In this document: one piece after another, positions 1 through 9,898 of the stretch
How positions within the stretch are numbered: position 1 is the first letter of the stretch
How the letters are laid out: each line of letters opens with the position of its first letter
Origin: Pseudomonadota bacterium
Lineage (GTDB): Bacteria; Bdellovibrionota_G; JALEGL01; DATDPG01
Reading direction: 5' to 3'
Length of the DNA stretch: 39,219 nt
Assembly: GCA_043804515.1 (NCBI GenBank)
Contig: JAZDIZ010000051.1
Span: 1 to 39,219, forward strand
The notes under the pieces: model-generated
What the model saw: the letters and a program-made list of their open reading frames with translations, nothing else
The model's database searches: none
Told to the model about the DNA's origin: nothing
Position numbers and translations under genes: made by a program

Positions 1-260
1 TTACGCCAGATCGGATACCGCTTTCGACAACTCGGGCACTGGATAGGCCACAAGAACCACACGGGCGCAGCAATCAAAATGTGGAGGCCGAAGATTGCAC
101 CCGCATTGGCCAGCCAGTTGGAACTGTTCAAAATGGGATTACGAACCTTCGCAAAGTGCGGTAAATTAATAAAACCAATAAAACCAATAAAACCAATAAA
201 AGCTAAAAAGAAGAAAAACCCGAGCACCCTCTTTTTTCTGGCGTCCGCTAAATTTTTCAT
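1..260 (-). CDS. hypothetical membrane protein with CxxC motif (partial, runs off left edge)
   Basis: Hand translation from ATG at 260: MKNLADARKKRVLGFFFFLAFIGFIGFIGFINLP...GAIFGLHILIAAPVWFLWPIQCPSCRKRYPIWR, with no stop before position 1. Two hydrophobic segments, then CPSC. Absent from the ORF track because it is truncated. Confidence 0.6.
   Translation of the reverse strand, partial: MKNLADARKKRVLGFFFFLAFIGFIGFIGFINLPHFAKVRNPILNSSNWLANAGAIFGLHILIAAPVWFLWPIQCPSCRKRYPIWR
168..201. repeat. 9-bp tandem repeat (AATAAAACC)x3 plus a partial copy
   Basis: Directly visible; encodes FIG-FIG-FIG-FI in the minus-strand ORF. Confidence 0.9.
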
Positions 261-622
261 CAGAAAACAAGATATTCTTGGCAACGTTTTAAATCAAAGT
301 TTAAAAAATGCGCCATCACACTATCGTCCGCTTAAGCAGGCCAGAGGGTGAGTCGCTCAACGCCGGGTGGGCCGAGAGGCGTCGCGTTGGGGATCCTGAC
401 ACACCAGCTACCAGAGGTCAGGCGTAGGGCCTATCTCTCCAGCTCAACCGGACAGCAGTGAGTCACAAAACATGTTCAGACTGCGACTGTGGCGCGAGGA
501 ACCAACGACAATTTAGTCACTTTTTCAACAGCCCCAAAAAGAGGACTTACTCTCTTTCGGAACGACGCCACCGCATCGGAAGGTTACAGCCGAACTTTCG
601 GGCGGCATCAACCGTCCATATG

Positions 623-656
623 AAATAAGGCCCCGGCTCGGCATCGACTTGGGGCC
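623..656 (-). terminator. possible intrinsic terminator downstream of rplC
   Basis: Minus strand GGCCCCAAGTCGATGCCGAGCCGGGGCC, an imperfect stem followed by TTATTT, ~120 nt after the rplC stop. Confidence 0.4.
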
Positions 657-774
657 GGCGGGGGCTCCGGCGGCGGAGCCTTAGATTGCCGGCGGAGCCG
701 ACGGAACACCGGTGGCCTCATCACCGGATCTGTGGCGGGGACCGCGTTGGAATTCGGATAAGTTGTTCTGCGCG

Positions 775-1440
775 TTAATTCGCGGGCTTGGCTTTAGGCT
801 TGCGCGTGGCTGAGGGGAGAATTTCCACGAAGGCGTTGTTTGCGCCAGGAACCGCCCCTGAAACCAGGATGCAATTCTTGTCGGCCAGGATCTGGATCAC
901 TGTGAGGTTCGGCATCGTGATCCGCTTGTCCCCGTCGTGGCCGGGCATTCTCTTGTTCTTGTTGACGTAACCGGGCCAGGTACGCGTCCCGATGGAGCCG
1001 CCGTGCCGGAAAAATTCGTGCGTGCCGTGGCCGGCGTCGTTCCCTTTCATGTGGTGCCGCTTAATGACACCGGAAAATCCGTGCCCTTTCGTGCGTCCCT
1101 TCACGTCGATGATCTGTCCGAGCGTGAAGATCTCATCCACGCGAATCTCTTTTCCCTCCTCGTACTTTCCGAGGTCCTCGGAAGGAATCCGGAACTCCTT
1201 CTGGAGCCGGCGCGGTTCGGCTTTGATCTTCGCATAGACTCCGCGAAGGGCTTTTGTGGTCCTCGTGGCCTTCTTCGCACCGAAGCCGAGCTTTAATGCG
1301 GCGTAGCCGTCTTTTTCGACGGTTTTCTTCTGCACAACCAGGCAGGGGCCCGCCTCAATGAGGGTCACCGCGATGCGGTTCCCTTCTTGATCGTTGACTT
1401 GTGTGATTCCCAGCTTCCGTCCCAAAAGGCCCATAGGCAT
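775..1440 (-). CDS. rplC: 50S ribosomal protein L3
   Basis: GLLGRKLGITQ, DGYAALKLGF, DVKGRTKGHGFSGVIKRH, RHGGSIG, KRMPGHDG, LVSGAVPG motifs; GGAG RBS. Confidence 0.98.
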   Translation of the reverse strand: MPMGLLGRKLGITQVNDQEGNRIAVTLIEAGPCLVVQKKTVEKDGYAALKLGFGAKKATRTTKALRGVYAKIKAEPRRLQKEFRIPSEDLGKYEEGKEIRVDEIFTLGQIIDVKGRTKGHGFSGVIKRHHMKGNDAGHGTHEFFRHGGSIGTRTWPGYVNKNKRMPGHDGDKRITMPNLTVIQILADKNCILVSGAVPGANNAFVEILPSATRKPKAKPAN

Positions 1441-1467
1441 ACAAACACTCCCGTTGAAAGGCGGCGT

Positions 1468-1495
1468 AATATACTGATCCAGCGAAGAATTTCAA
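1468..1495 (-). promoter_or_regulatory. sigma70-type promoter for rplC
   Basis: Minus strand TTGAAA-16 nt-TATATT, followed by a GC-rich discriminator (ACGCCGCC) typical of ribosomal-protein promoters. Confidence 0.55.
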
Positions 1496-1595
1496 GCATT
1501 TACCCCTAAAATCCGGCCGAAGGCCTAAGAGCCCTCTTTCAGCCAAAGCTTGAGTTAGCTCCCTGAAATCATTCTCTTTCTTGCGTGAGGCCGCA

Positions 1596-3593
1596 TCATC
1601 CCGCCAGCAGCGCCTTTTTCTGAATGCGTTGGATCCGGTCGCGGAGTGCCGCGGCTTTCTCGAACTCCAGGTCCTTCGCCGCCTTGAACATGTCTTTCTT
1701 GAGCTTCTCGACCATGGAGGCCACCTGATCCAGCGGGAGGTACGCTTCCCCGTCGTCGGCCGCTTTTGTGAGATCCACGTAATCGGCGTTGTAGATCGAG
1801 GCCATCGGGGAATGAATCAACCGCTCGATCGAGGCGGGCGTGATGTGGTTCGCTACGTTGTATTCCTCCTGAAGTTTCCGGCGCCGGTCCGTCTCGTCGA
1901 TCGCGTTTTTCATGGAGCCGGTCATCCGGTCCGCGTAGAGGATCACCCGGCCGTGAAGATGCCGGGCGGCCCGGCCGAACGTTTGGACCAGCGACGTGAC
2001 CGACCGGAGGAATCCCTCTTTGTCGGCGTCCAGGATCGCGACCAATGAAACCTCCGGCAAGTCCAACCCCTCCCGAAGAAGGTTGATCCCCACCAGGACA
2101 TCGAATTTTCCCAGGCGCAGGTCGCGCAAAATCTCCACACGCTCCAGCGTGTCGATGTCGGAATGGAGGTACTTCACGCGGATGGCGAGCTCCCGGTAAT
2201 AATCCGTCAGATCCTCCGCCATCTTTTTGGTGAGCGTCGTGACCAACACGCGTTCCTTGCGCTCCACGCGGCCGCGGATCTCCGTCAAGAGATCGTCCAC
2301 CTGATGCGTTGCGGGTTTTACGATCACTTCCGGATCCTTAAGGCCCGTCGGACGGATGATCTGCTCCACCACCACCCCCTTCGTCCGCGCAAGCTCGTAC
2401 GGACCGGGCGTGGCGGAGATGTAGAGCGTGGGTTTCAGAAAGGCCTCGAACTCCTCGAACTTCATCGGCCGGTTGTCCAGAGCCGACGGGAGGCGGAACC
2501 CGTAATCCACCAGAGTCTGTTTCCGGCTTCGGTCCCCGCGATACATGGCGCCCACCTGGGGAATCGTGGCGTGGCTCTCGTCGATCACGCACAGAAAATC
2601 CTTCGGAAAATAGTCCAGGAGCGAGGGAGGCCGCTCCCCCGGCTTGGCCCCCGTCATGTGGCGGGTGTAGTTCTCGATTCCGGAGCAGAATCCCAGCTCC
2701 TCCATCATCTCGATGTCGAACATCGTTCGCTGCTCCAACCTCTGGGCTTCCAGGAGCTTGTTCAGGGATTTGAGTTGGACCAGCCGCTCCCGAAGTTCCT
2801 CTTGAATCGATTGGATCGCCTTCTTCACTTGGTCCCGGGGCGTCACGTAATGGCTTCCGGGATACACGGCCGCGCGTTCGAGCGAACCCAGGACCTTTCC
2901 CGTGAGGGGATCCACGTCTTCGATCTTCTCGACCTCGTCCCCTAACAGCGAGACCCGGAGCGCTTTTTTCTCCTCGTGCGCCGGAAAGATCTCCACGACG
3001 TCCCCGCGCACGCGGAACGTCCCGCGCGTGAATTCGTAATCGTTCCGTTCGTACTGGATTTCCACGAGGCGGCGCAGGAGGTGTTCCCGGTCCAGCTCGG
3101 CACCGACGGAAAGCGGCACCAGGAGCGCGCGGTATTCGTCCGGGCTGCCGAGGTTATAGATGCAGGAAACGGAAGCCACGACGATCGTGTCGGGCCGCGT
3201 GAGGACCGAGCGCGTCGCGGAGTGGCGCATTTTGTCGATGTCCTCGTTGATGCGCGCGTCCTTCTCGATGTACGTGTCGGTGGAGGGAACGTACGCCTCC
3301 GGCTGGTAGTAATCGTAATAGCTGACGAAGTATTCCACCGCGTTGTTCGGGAAGAACGTCCGGAACTCGTTGAAGAGCTGGGCCGCCAGCGTCTTGTTGT
3401 GCGCGATCACGAGCGTGGGGCGTCCGTATCGCTCGATCACGTTCGCGACGGTGAACGTCTTGCCCGAACCGGTGACCCCCAGGAGCACCTGTTCCATGCT
3501 CCCGCGTTCGAGGCCGTCCACGAGCGCGTCGATCGCCTGCGGTTGATCGCCTTTGGGAGTGAAGTCGGTGACGAGCTGAAACGGCGACGGCAT
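1596..3593 (-). CDS. uvrB: excinuclease ABC subunit B
   Basis: [17 protein letters not shown]alker [11 protein letters not shown] beta-hairpin, [31 protein letters not shown]-terminal UVR domain. Confidence 0.99.
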   Translation of the reverse strand: MPSPFQLVTDFTPKGDQPQAIDALVDGLERGSMEQVLLGVTGSGKTFTVANVIERYGRPTLVIAHNKTLAAQLFNEFRTFFPNNAVEYFVSYYDYYQPEAYVPSTDTYIEKDARINEDIDKMRHSATRSVLTRPDTIVVASVSCIYNLGSPDEYRALLVPLSVGAELDREHLLRRLVEIQYERNDYEFTRGTFRVRGDVVEIFPAHEEKKALRVSLLGDEVEKIEDVDPLTGKVLGSLERAAVYPGSHYVTPRDQVKKAIQSIQEELRERLVQLKSLNKLLEAQRLEQRTMFDIEMMEELGFCSGIENYTRHMTGAKPGERPPSLLDYFPKDFLCVIDESHATIPQVGAMYRGDRSRKQTLVDYGFRLPSALDNRPMKFEEFEAFLKPTLYISATPGPYELARTKGVVVEQIIRPTGLKDPEVIVKPATHQVDDLLTEIRGRVERKERVLVTTLTKKMAEDLTDYYRELAIRVKYLHSDIDTLERVEILRDLRLGKFDVLVGINLLREGLDLPEVSLVAILDADKEGFLRSVTSLVQTFGRAARHLHGRVILYADRMTGSMKNAIDETDRRRKLQEEYNVANHITPASIERLIHSPMASIYNADYVDLTKAADDGEAYLPLDQVASMVEKLKKDMFKAAKDLEFEKAAALRDRIQRIQKKALLAG

Positions 3594-4990
3594 CAGGTCA
3601 GGACGCGCCAGGTCGTCCCTTCGGGCGAATCCTCCACGACCACGCGATGAATGGACGTGAGTTCGTTCCGGATCTCGTCGGCACGCTTGAAGTCCTTTTT
3701 CCGCCGCGCTTCCGCGCGGCTTGCGATCAGGTTTTCGATCGCGACATGATCCACGTCCCCGGCGCCGGGGAGCTTGCGAAAATATTGCTCCGGGTCGTCG
3801 CTCAAAAGCCCCAGAACGTTTCCCAGACCGATGATCGTCTGGCGCAGAGCCTGGGCGGCAGGGAGCGTATCGGCCTTCAGCTGGAGACGGTTCGCATCTT
3901 TGACGGCGTCGAAGAGGTGGGCCAGGGCTCGGGCGGTGTTGAAATCATCGTCCATCGCCTCCTCGAACTTTTGCACCAGAGTCTCCACCCGGGGCACCTT
4001 CCCGTCGGGGGGAGGAATCGAGAGAAGGACCCGATAGATCCGGTCCAGGCCGCGAGCGGACTCTTCGACCGCCGTGGGGAGAAAATCCACGGGCGCGCGA
4101 TAGTGATGCGTCAAAAGGTAGAGCTTCAGAGCCTCCGGATGGTAACGCGTCAGCAGGCTCCGGAGCGTCACGATGTTGCCGAGCGACTTCGACATCTTCT
4201 CGGCACCCAGATTCAGAAAACCGTTGTGAAGCCAGTATTTCGCGAAAGGTTTTCCGTTCGCGCACTCCGATTGCGCGATCTCGTTCTCGTGGTGGGGAAA
4301 AATCAGGTCCCTTCCGCCCGCATGGATGTCGATCGTCTCCCCGAGGAGTTTCTTGGCCATCGCCGAGCACTCGATGTGCCAGCCGGGCCGCCCGTCTCCC
4401 CACGGGGACGGCCAGAAAGGCTCGCCCGGCTTCGCCTTTTTCCATAGGGCGAAATCCAAAGGATCCTTCTTATGCTCACCGGGCTCCACACGCGCTACTG
4501 CTTTGACCTCGGAGAGATCCCTTTTGGAGAGCTTGCCGTAGTGCGTGTCTTTCACGATCGAGAAATAGACGTCGCCCTTCGCCTCGTAGGCGAATCCCGA
4601 AGCCACCAGCCTTCCTACGAGGTCCACGATCTCCCTCACGGTTTCCGAGGCCTTGGGAGCCGCGTCGGGCGGCACGAGGCCGAGATCCCTCATGTCTGCA
4701 TCGAACGATTGCGTGTAGCGGGCGGCGATCGCCTCACAGGAAACGCCTTCCTGCGCGGCCTTCCGGATGATCTTGTCGTCGATGTCCGTGATGTTGCGAG
4801 CGTACCGGACGGAAAAACCCCGGTATCTCAAGTACCGGACGATGACGTCGTAAACAACGTACGTCCTTCCATGGCCGATGTGGGCGTGGTCGTACACCGT
4901 GGGGCCGCACACGTACATCGTCACCTGCCTGAGCGTAAGCGGTTCGAACTCCTCCAACCGGTTCGAAAGCGTATTAAAGACTCGGATCAT
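3593..4990 (-). CDS. cysS: cysteine--tRNA ligase
   Basis: [15 protein letters not shown] (HIGH), [24 protein letters not shown]; stop overlaps the uvrB start (TGATG). Confidence 0.99.
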   Translation of the reverse strand: MIRVFNTLSNRLEEFEPLTLRQVTMYVCGPTVYDHAHIGHGRTYVVYDVIVRYLRYRGFSVRYARNITDIDDKIIRKAAQEGVSCEAIAARYTQSFDADMRDLGLVPPDAAPKASETVREIVDLVGRLVASGFAYEAKGDVYFSIVKDTHYGKLSKRDLSEVKAVARVEPGEHKKDPLDFALWKKAKPGEPFWPSPWGDGRPGWHIECSAMAKKLLGETIDIHAGGRDLIFPHHENEIAQSECANGKPFAKYWLHNGFLNLGAEKMSKSLGNIVTLRSLLTRYHPEALKLYLLTHHYRAPVDFLPTAVEESARGLDRIYRVLLSIPPPDGKVPRVETLVQKFEEAMDDDFNTARALAHLFDAVKDANRLQLKADTLPAAQALRQTIIGLGNVLGLLSDDPEQYFRKLPGAGDVDHVAIENLIASRAEARRKKDFKRADEIRNELTSIHRVVVEDSPEGTTWRVLT

Positions 4991-5014
4991 GAGGCTGCCG
5001 TGGAAAATAGCCGG

Positions 5015-6154
5015 TTACAGAAATCGGCGCAAACGATACAGGATCCGTGCAGCGAAGCGCGACAACCAGGGCAGTCTTCGCCAGTCCCCTCTCGTGACCG
5101 AGCGTGAGAGCTTCGCGTCGTTTTCCGCTACGTCCTTCATGGCCGCAACCGCGGCCGGATCCGTCGTGTTCACGACAGCCTCCAAATTCCGAAAGAGGGT
5201 CTGATAGTCGAAATTGTAGCTCCCGATCGACATCCAGAGCCCGTCCACCAGGATGGCTTTGGCATGAAGCCGCCGGCCGTACCGGAGCACTTGCACCCTT
5301 CGGCGCACCAGGCGATGTTGCGTGATCGCGGAAGCCAGGTCGACCGCCGGGACGTCACTGGTCTCGGGAACGATCACACGGACCCGAACGCCCCGCCGGG
5401 CCGCGCGCCGAAGATACGTCATCACGTCCGGCGCCGGCAGGAAGTATGGGTTGATGAGATCGATCGTTCCCTCCGCATGGGCCAGCGCGTGAAGGAGTGT
5501 GCGGCGCAAGCGCCACCGTTCCAAGACGGCGTTGTTGCCGATGATCTGCGTCCACCCCCCGGGAAATGCCTGCCCGAATTCCGCGAAGGGGGCGAATGCC
5601 GCAGCCTCCCCCTTGGTTTGCGATCTCCATGTTCTTTCGAAGAGCCTCCAGGCCGTTTCCACCGCGGGTCCGTTGACTTCGACCGCCAGGTCATGGATTC
5701 CGGCCGCTTCCGTGGGCCTTCGGTATTCCTCCGCGATGTTGAGGCCGCCGATGATCGAGACACCGTCGGCCAGGAGCATTTTGCGGTGATCGCGCCGGGA
5801 GAGGTTGAACCGGTCCCGCCACGGCTTGATCGGGTGGTACTCCACGACACGCGCCCCCGCGCGAACCAGCGGATCAAAAAATGAAAGCGTGTTGGGATAC
5901 GAACCGAAGCTGTCGTAAACCAGCCGCGTTTCGACGCCGCGCCGGGCAGCCTCGATCAACGCGTCCCGGACCTCATATCCCAGGCCGTCCCCCGCGAACT
6001 GATAGATCTCGAGAGCCAGCCGCGCTTGCGCTTTGTGGATCAGCTCGAGAAATCTCGGGAACACTTCGGTGCCGTTTACGAGAAGACGCACGCGGCTCAG
6101 CCGCACTTCGCCGGGGTCCAAAAAATAATTCGACAAGTTGAGGCTTAGACTCAC
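5015..6154 (-). CDS. phospholipase D family / cardiolipin synthase (ClsB-like)
   Basis: Two HxKxxxxD motifs (DHRKMLLADG...GGLN; LHAKAILVDG...GSYN) and NPYFLP; no N-terminal TM segment. Confidence 0.9.
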   Translation of the reverse strand: MSLSLNLSNYFLDPGEVRLSRVRLLVNGTEVFPRFLELIHKAQARLALEIYQFAGDGLGYEVRDALIEAARRGVETRLVYDSFGSYPNTLSFFDPLVRAGARVVEYHPIKPWRDRFNLSRRDHRKMLLADGVSIIGGLNIAEEYRRPTEAAGIHDLAVEVNGPAVETAWRLFERTWRSQTKGEAAAFAPFAEFGQAFPGGWTQIIGNNAVLERWRLRRTLLHALAHAEGTIDLINPYFLPAPDVMTYLRRAARRGVRVRVIVPETSDVPAVDLASAITQHRLVRRRVQVLRYGRRLHAKAILVDGLWMSIGSYNFDYQTLFRNLEAVVNTTDPAAVAAMKDVAENDAKLSRSVTRGDWRRLPWLSRFAARILYRLRRFL

Positions 6155-6286
6155 CGCATCATCCCGCTGAAAGGGATTATGAAAAAAGTATCCACTCTTA
6201 GCGAAACTTTTCTTACTTCTGAAGGGCCCAAAATGGCAACTAGTTGAAAAGTAACATTATTTTTTTGGCATCTTTATTGAACCCGA

Positions 6287-7279
6287 TTGAAGCACATTCC
6301 CATGATCCCGAAATCCGAACCCAAGCCGCCCGCAGCGAAAGACTTCGAAATCCTGATCCCTTTCGCTTCGGGCAGGGCCATCCGCATCGGCTCCTCAACC
6401 ATGACTATCGTTCTGGTTTGCCTGACCGCCTTGGCTTTCTTTTCCGTGGCTGATTTTCGGGAGGCGACCTATCGGAAGCGGGAGAGCGATCTGAGCCAGA
6501 GAAGCGTCCAACAGGCGCAGGAATTGCTCTCGTTCACCCAATGGCTATCGGAGAAAAATCGCGACCTGGATCGCTACCTCATGATGACGGGGGAGAGGCC
6601 CGATGAAACCCCGCCCGCCTCCGCGTTGCAGGCCCCCTCGTACGATTCCGTCCGAAGAAGCGTGGAACGGCTCGAGAACCGGATCCGCATCCTTTCGGAC
6701 TTCCAACTCCGCGACGAGGAGTACTTCTGGAACGTCCCCTCGATCGCGCCCGTCGCCCTCGAACAGGAATTCACTCTCGCCACGGGCCCGATCACGAACA
6801 AGGACCTTCAGCGCGGTCTTTCGGGCGTCTCCTCCACGCACGGAATGAGGTTTCATCCCGTCGACAAGAAGGAGGAGATGCACTACGGCATCGACATTTT
6901 CTGCCCCGTGGGCACGGGCGTGCGGGCCACGGCGAACGGAACCGTTGCGTTCGTCGGGCACCTGGACGCGAACCAGGACAATCTCCGCCACAGCTACGGA
7001 AACTTCCTGGTGATCGGCCACGGGGACACGGGAATCGAAACGACCTACGCGCACCTCGGCGAGATCGCGGTCGTGAAGGGGCAGTTGGTGAAACGCGGCG
7101 ACTTCGTCGCGAAGAGCGGAAATTCCGGAACCACAACGGGGGCCCATCTTCATTACGAGATCTCGCGGAACGGCGTCCGGGTGAACCCGCTCAACTACAT
7201 CACCGACGCCCCTCTCGTGCAGTACGGAAAGAAGGTCTTCTACGTCCGGAACGTGACCAAGAAAGGGCGGAACAAATAA
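6287..7279 (+). CDS. M23 family peptidoglycan endopeptidase with N-terminal TM and coiled coil
   Basis: HYGIDI (HxxxD), YGN, TTYAHL, SGNSGTTTGAHLHYEI, VNP. Start uncertain (6287 or 6302). Confidence 0.92.
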   Translation: MKHIPMIPKSEPKPPAAKDFEILIPFASGRAIRIGSSTMTIVLVCLTALAFFSVADFREATYRKRESDLSQRSVQQAQELLSFTQWLSEKNRDLDRYLMMTGERPDETPPASALQAPSYDSVRRSVERLENRIRILSDFQLRDEEYFWNVPSIAPVALEQEFTLATGPITNKDLQRGLSGVSSTHGMRFHPVDKKEEMHYGIDIFCPVGTGVRATANGTVAFVGHLDANQDNLRHSYGNFLVIGHGDTGIETTYAHLGEIAVVKGQLVKRGDFVAKSGNSGTTTGAHLHYEISRNGVRVNPLNYITDAPLVQYGKKVFYVRNVTKKGRNK

Positions 7280-7848
7280 TGTTGAGTGTTTACAGCATAA
7301 ATTTCCCCGCCGTGTTTTCCCTGTTGATTCTGGCCGGGGTTTTCATCTACCACCTTTGGGCCAGCCGCAAACAGGAATTCACCACCACAGTGTTTCCCTC
7401 GACGTCCCGGATCGAAGCCTCACAACAGGGCTTCTCGATCCGGAACGACGGAGACCTGTCCATCAACATGCCCCTCAAATTCGACCACATCCTGTGCCAG
7501 GACCTCTACGTCGGCCCGAACGCCGTGCTGGAGGGGATCTCGATTGCGGCTCGCCGGATCGTCAACGACGGCGACATCCGGTCCGTCGGACAGATCGTGG
7601 CCCATCAGGAGGTCGTGAACCGGAAGATGATATCGGCCTTCGAGCTTCACTCACCCAGGCTGATTCTGGAGAAGAAATCCCTTTCGGTGATCCAGATCGT
7701 ACCAAAGGAGACCCGGATCGTCCGTAAGAGAGGCGCCCACTCGCGCGGGTTCTTCTCCTCCCAGGCGGAAATGACGTCCTCCGCCACGACGCACGCGAAG
7801 GTGCCCACCGGGGCGTCGGTGCATTTCCTGCGCCACGGCTCGCATTAG
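7279..7848 (+). CDS. bactofilin-like (polymer-forming cytoskeletal) protein with N-terminal TM
   Basis: Beta-helix-like repeats DGDLSIN, LYVGPNAVLEG.SI.ARRIVNDGDI, GQIVAHQEV, LHSPRLILEK; translationally coupled to the M23 gene (TAATG). Confidence 0.6.
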   Translation: MLSVYSINFPAVFSLLILAGVFIYHLWASRKQEFTTTVFPSTSRIEASQQGFSIRNDGDLSINMPLKFDHILCQDLYVGPNAVLEGISIAARRIVNDGDIRSVGQIVAHQEVVNRKMISAFELHSPRLILEKKSLSVIQIVPKETRIVRKRGAHSRGFFSSQAEMTSSATTHAKVPTGASVHFLRHGSH

Positions 7849-7898
7849 CGACTCGATTCCCTTGCGAGGAAACACAGGTCGATTAGATTTACATTCTG

Positions 7899-9116
7899 GT
7901 GTCGGTCGATCCCATCAGTTCTCTTCTACTGGCGCTGGCCGTCGTGCTGGTTGCAGCCAAGATCGGCGGCCACCTGGCCGTCCGCGTCCGCCAGCCGGCG
8001 GTATTGGGGGAGTTGGTCGCGGGGATTCTTCTCGGAAACGCAAGCCTGGTGGGTGTCCCGTGGGTTGAGACCATCCGGCAGATCCCCGCCATGGAGGTGC
8101 TGTCGGGTCTCGGCGTGATCTTCCTGCTCTTCAGCGTCGGCCTGGAATCCACGATCGGCGGCATGATGAGTGTGGGACTTTCGTCATTCCTCGTGGCGTT
8201 CCTGGGTGTTGTCACGCCCATGGCCCTCGGATGGGGCGCGGGCGTCTGGCTCCTCCCGCAGCACTCGAATTATGTGCACCTTTTCATCGGCGCGACTCTC
8301 TGCGCGACGAGCGTCGGCATCACGGCCCGCGTCTTCGCCGACTTGGGGAAGGTGCAGTCCAAAGAAGCGCGCATCGTCCTGGGGGCCGCGGTGATCGACG
8401 ACGTCATGGGACTGATCGTTCTGACCATCGTCGTGGGATTGGTCGCCGCAGCGGACCGGGGCACCCCGTTCTCCGCTTCCACCGCCACCTGGACGGTGGC
8501 AAAATCCGTCGTCTTTCTGGTGGGCGCGATCTTCCTGGGCCGGTTGGGTACGAAGAAAGTCCTTACGATGGCCGCGCGCATGCAGGGGTCTGCGGTCCTC
8601 CTGGGGTTCTCCTTGGCCATCTGCCTTATCTTCGCCTATTTGGCGTCGCTGGTCGGCATGGCCCCCATCGTCGGAGCGTTCGCCGCCGGTTTGGTTTTGG
8701 CGGAGATCCGTTTCAAGGAACTCTCCGACAAGCAGACCCACGACCTCGAGGAACTCGTGCAGCCCCTTCTGGCTTTTCTGACGCCGGTCTTCTTCATTCT
8801 GATGGGGATGAAGGTGAACCTTCGCACGTTTACGGATCCACCTACTGTGGGGCTGGCCCTGGTTCTCACGGCCGCAGCCGTTCTGGGCAAACAGGCCTGC
8901 TCGCTCGGCGTCGTGGGCCGCGGCGTGGACAGGCTGGCCGTCGGCCTCGGCATGATCCCCCGGGGTGAAGTGGGTCTGATCTTCGCCAACATGGGCCTGG
9001 CGCTCACTGTCGGAGGCGAGCGGATCATCGATGAAGCGACGTTCTCCGCCATCGTGATCATGGTAGCCGTGACAACGCTGGTCACGCCTCCGCTGCTCAA
9101 GTGGCGCATGAAATAG
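7899..9116 (+). CDS. cation:proton antiporter (CPA2, NapA/Kef-like)
   Basis: QPAVLGELVAG, LLFSVGLE, ATSVGITARV, GAAVIDDV, GMIPRGEVGLI. Confidence 0.95.
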   Translation: MSVDPISSLLLALAVVLVAAKIGGHLAVRVRQPAVLGELVAGILLGNASLVGVPWVETIRQIPAMEVLSGLGVIFLLFSVGLESTIGGMMSVGLSSFLVAFLGVVTPMALGWGAGVWLLPQHSNYVHLFIGATLCATSVGITARVFADLGKVQSKEARIVLGAAVIDDVMGLIVLTIVVGLVAAADRGTPFSASTATWTVAKSVVFLVGAIFLGRLGTKKVLTMAARMQGSAVLLGFSLAICLIFAYLASLVGMAPIVGAFAAGLVLAEIRFKELSDKQTHDLEELVQPLLAFLTPVFFILMGMKVNLRTFTDPPTVGLALVLTAAAVLGKQACSLGVVGRGVDRLAVGLGMIPRGEVGLIFANMGLALTVGGERIIDEATFSAIVIMVAVTTLVTPPLLKWRMK

Positions 9117-9172
9117 TTTCCCTCGACAGCCATCCGGACCCCCTCCATAATTTCCGGATCGGAGGGTTTTTT

Positions 9173-9517
9173 GTGAAGCGAACCATATTTAAATGGCTGG
9201 CACTTGCAGTGGCCGTCGCCTTCGCGGCGCCGTCCTATTCATTCGCCCAGACCACGACACGAAAGCGGTCGCGGCATAGGGAAGTCCGCCAGGAAGAACG
9301 GATCCGGCAGGGCGTCAAATCGGGCGAGCTGACGAAGGACGAGGCACAGGGGCTCCAACAGGAACAGAGAGAAATCCGCCGGGATCGCAGGCAGATGGTC
9401 CAGGACGGCAAGCTCACGCCGGAGGAACGCCGGAAGCTCGAACAGGAGCAAAACAAGGCGTCGAAACACATCTACGGCGAAAAACACGACACCGAAGAGC
9501 GCCCCAAGGCTCCATAG
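9173..9517 (+). CDS. small secreted charged helical-repeat protein
   Basis: GTG start after a GGAGG RBS; signal peptide; repeated GELTxxE/GKLTPEE units (QEERIRQGVKSGELTKDEA; DGKLTPEERRKL). Confidence 0.8.
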   Translation: MKRTIFKWLALAVAVAFAAPSYSFAQTTTRKRSRHREVRQEERIRQGVKSGELTKDEAQGLQQEQREIRRDRRQMVQDGKLTPEERRKLEQEQNKASKHIYGEKHDTEERPKAP

Positions 9518-9600
9518 CTCCTTCTCCGCCACAAGCTCTGCGTTACAGGAGCTGAGGCTGTTTTCCTCCGCCCGGTCCGAGCCGGGCGCCCGATGGCCGG

Positions 9601-9804
9601 TCAGTCCGAACCGGTTTCCGGGCTCGGCTTCCGGCTTTCGGCCCGGCGAAGTACCAGCCTCCCGTTCAGGGGAATCTGAAGGATTTCGCCGCTGAGCGTC
9701 CCGTTGTCGTTTTGAAACGCCACACCGACGCGCGTCCACCGCGTTTTCCCGTCTTTCCCGTCCACGGGGTTGAGCATGTCGAATCTTTGAATCTCTCGGT
9801 CCAT
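9601..9804 (-). CDS. small conserved hypothetical protein (DUF736-like beta-rich fold, tentative)
   Basis: Strong AGGAGG RBS; motif KTRWTRVGVAFQNDNGTLS...PLNGRLVLR. Confidence 0.7.
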   Translation of the reverse strand: MDREIQRFDMLNPVDGKDGKTRWTRVGVAFQNDNGTLSGEILQIPLNGRLVLRRAESRKPSPETGSD

Positions 9805-9898
9805 CAAGGACCTCCTTTCTTGGAAAGATCTCGGAGCAAGAGAGATGCCAAGTCTTCAGAACTGGCCTGCATTGCTCGCCTCCGGTATGAAAGGGATC

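Noticed and set aside
79..351. Plus-strand 90-aa ORF with KPI repeats
   Set aside because: Antisense shadow of the more protein-like minus-strand membrane ORF (260 to <1).
352..520. Possible transposase remnant next to the IS-like end
   Set aside because: The three plus-strand frames I translated are all interrupted and show no transposase-like motif; the minus-strand frames were only partly checked.
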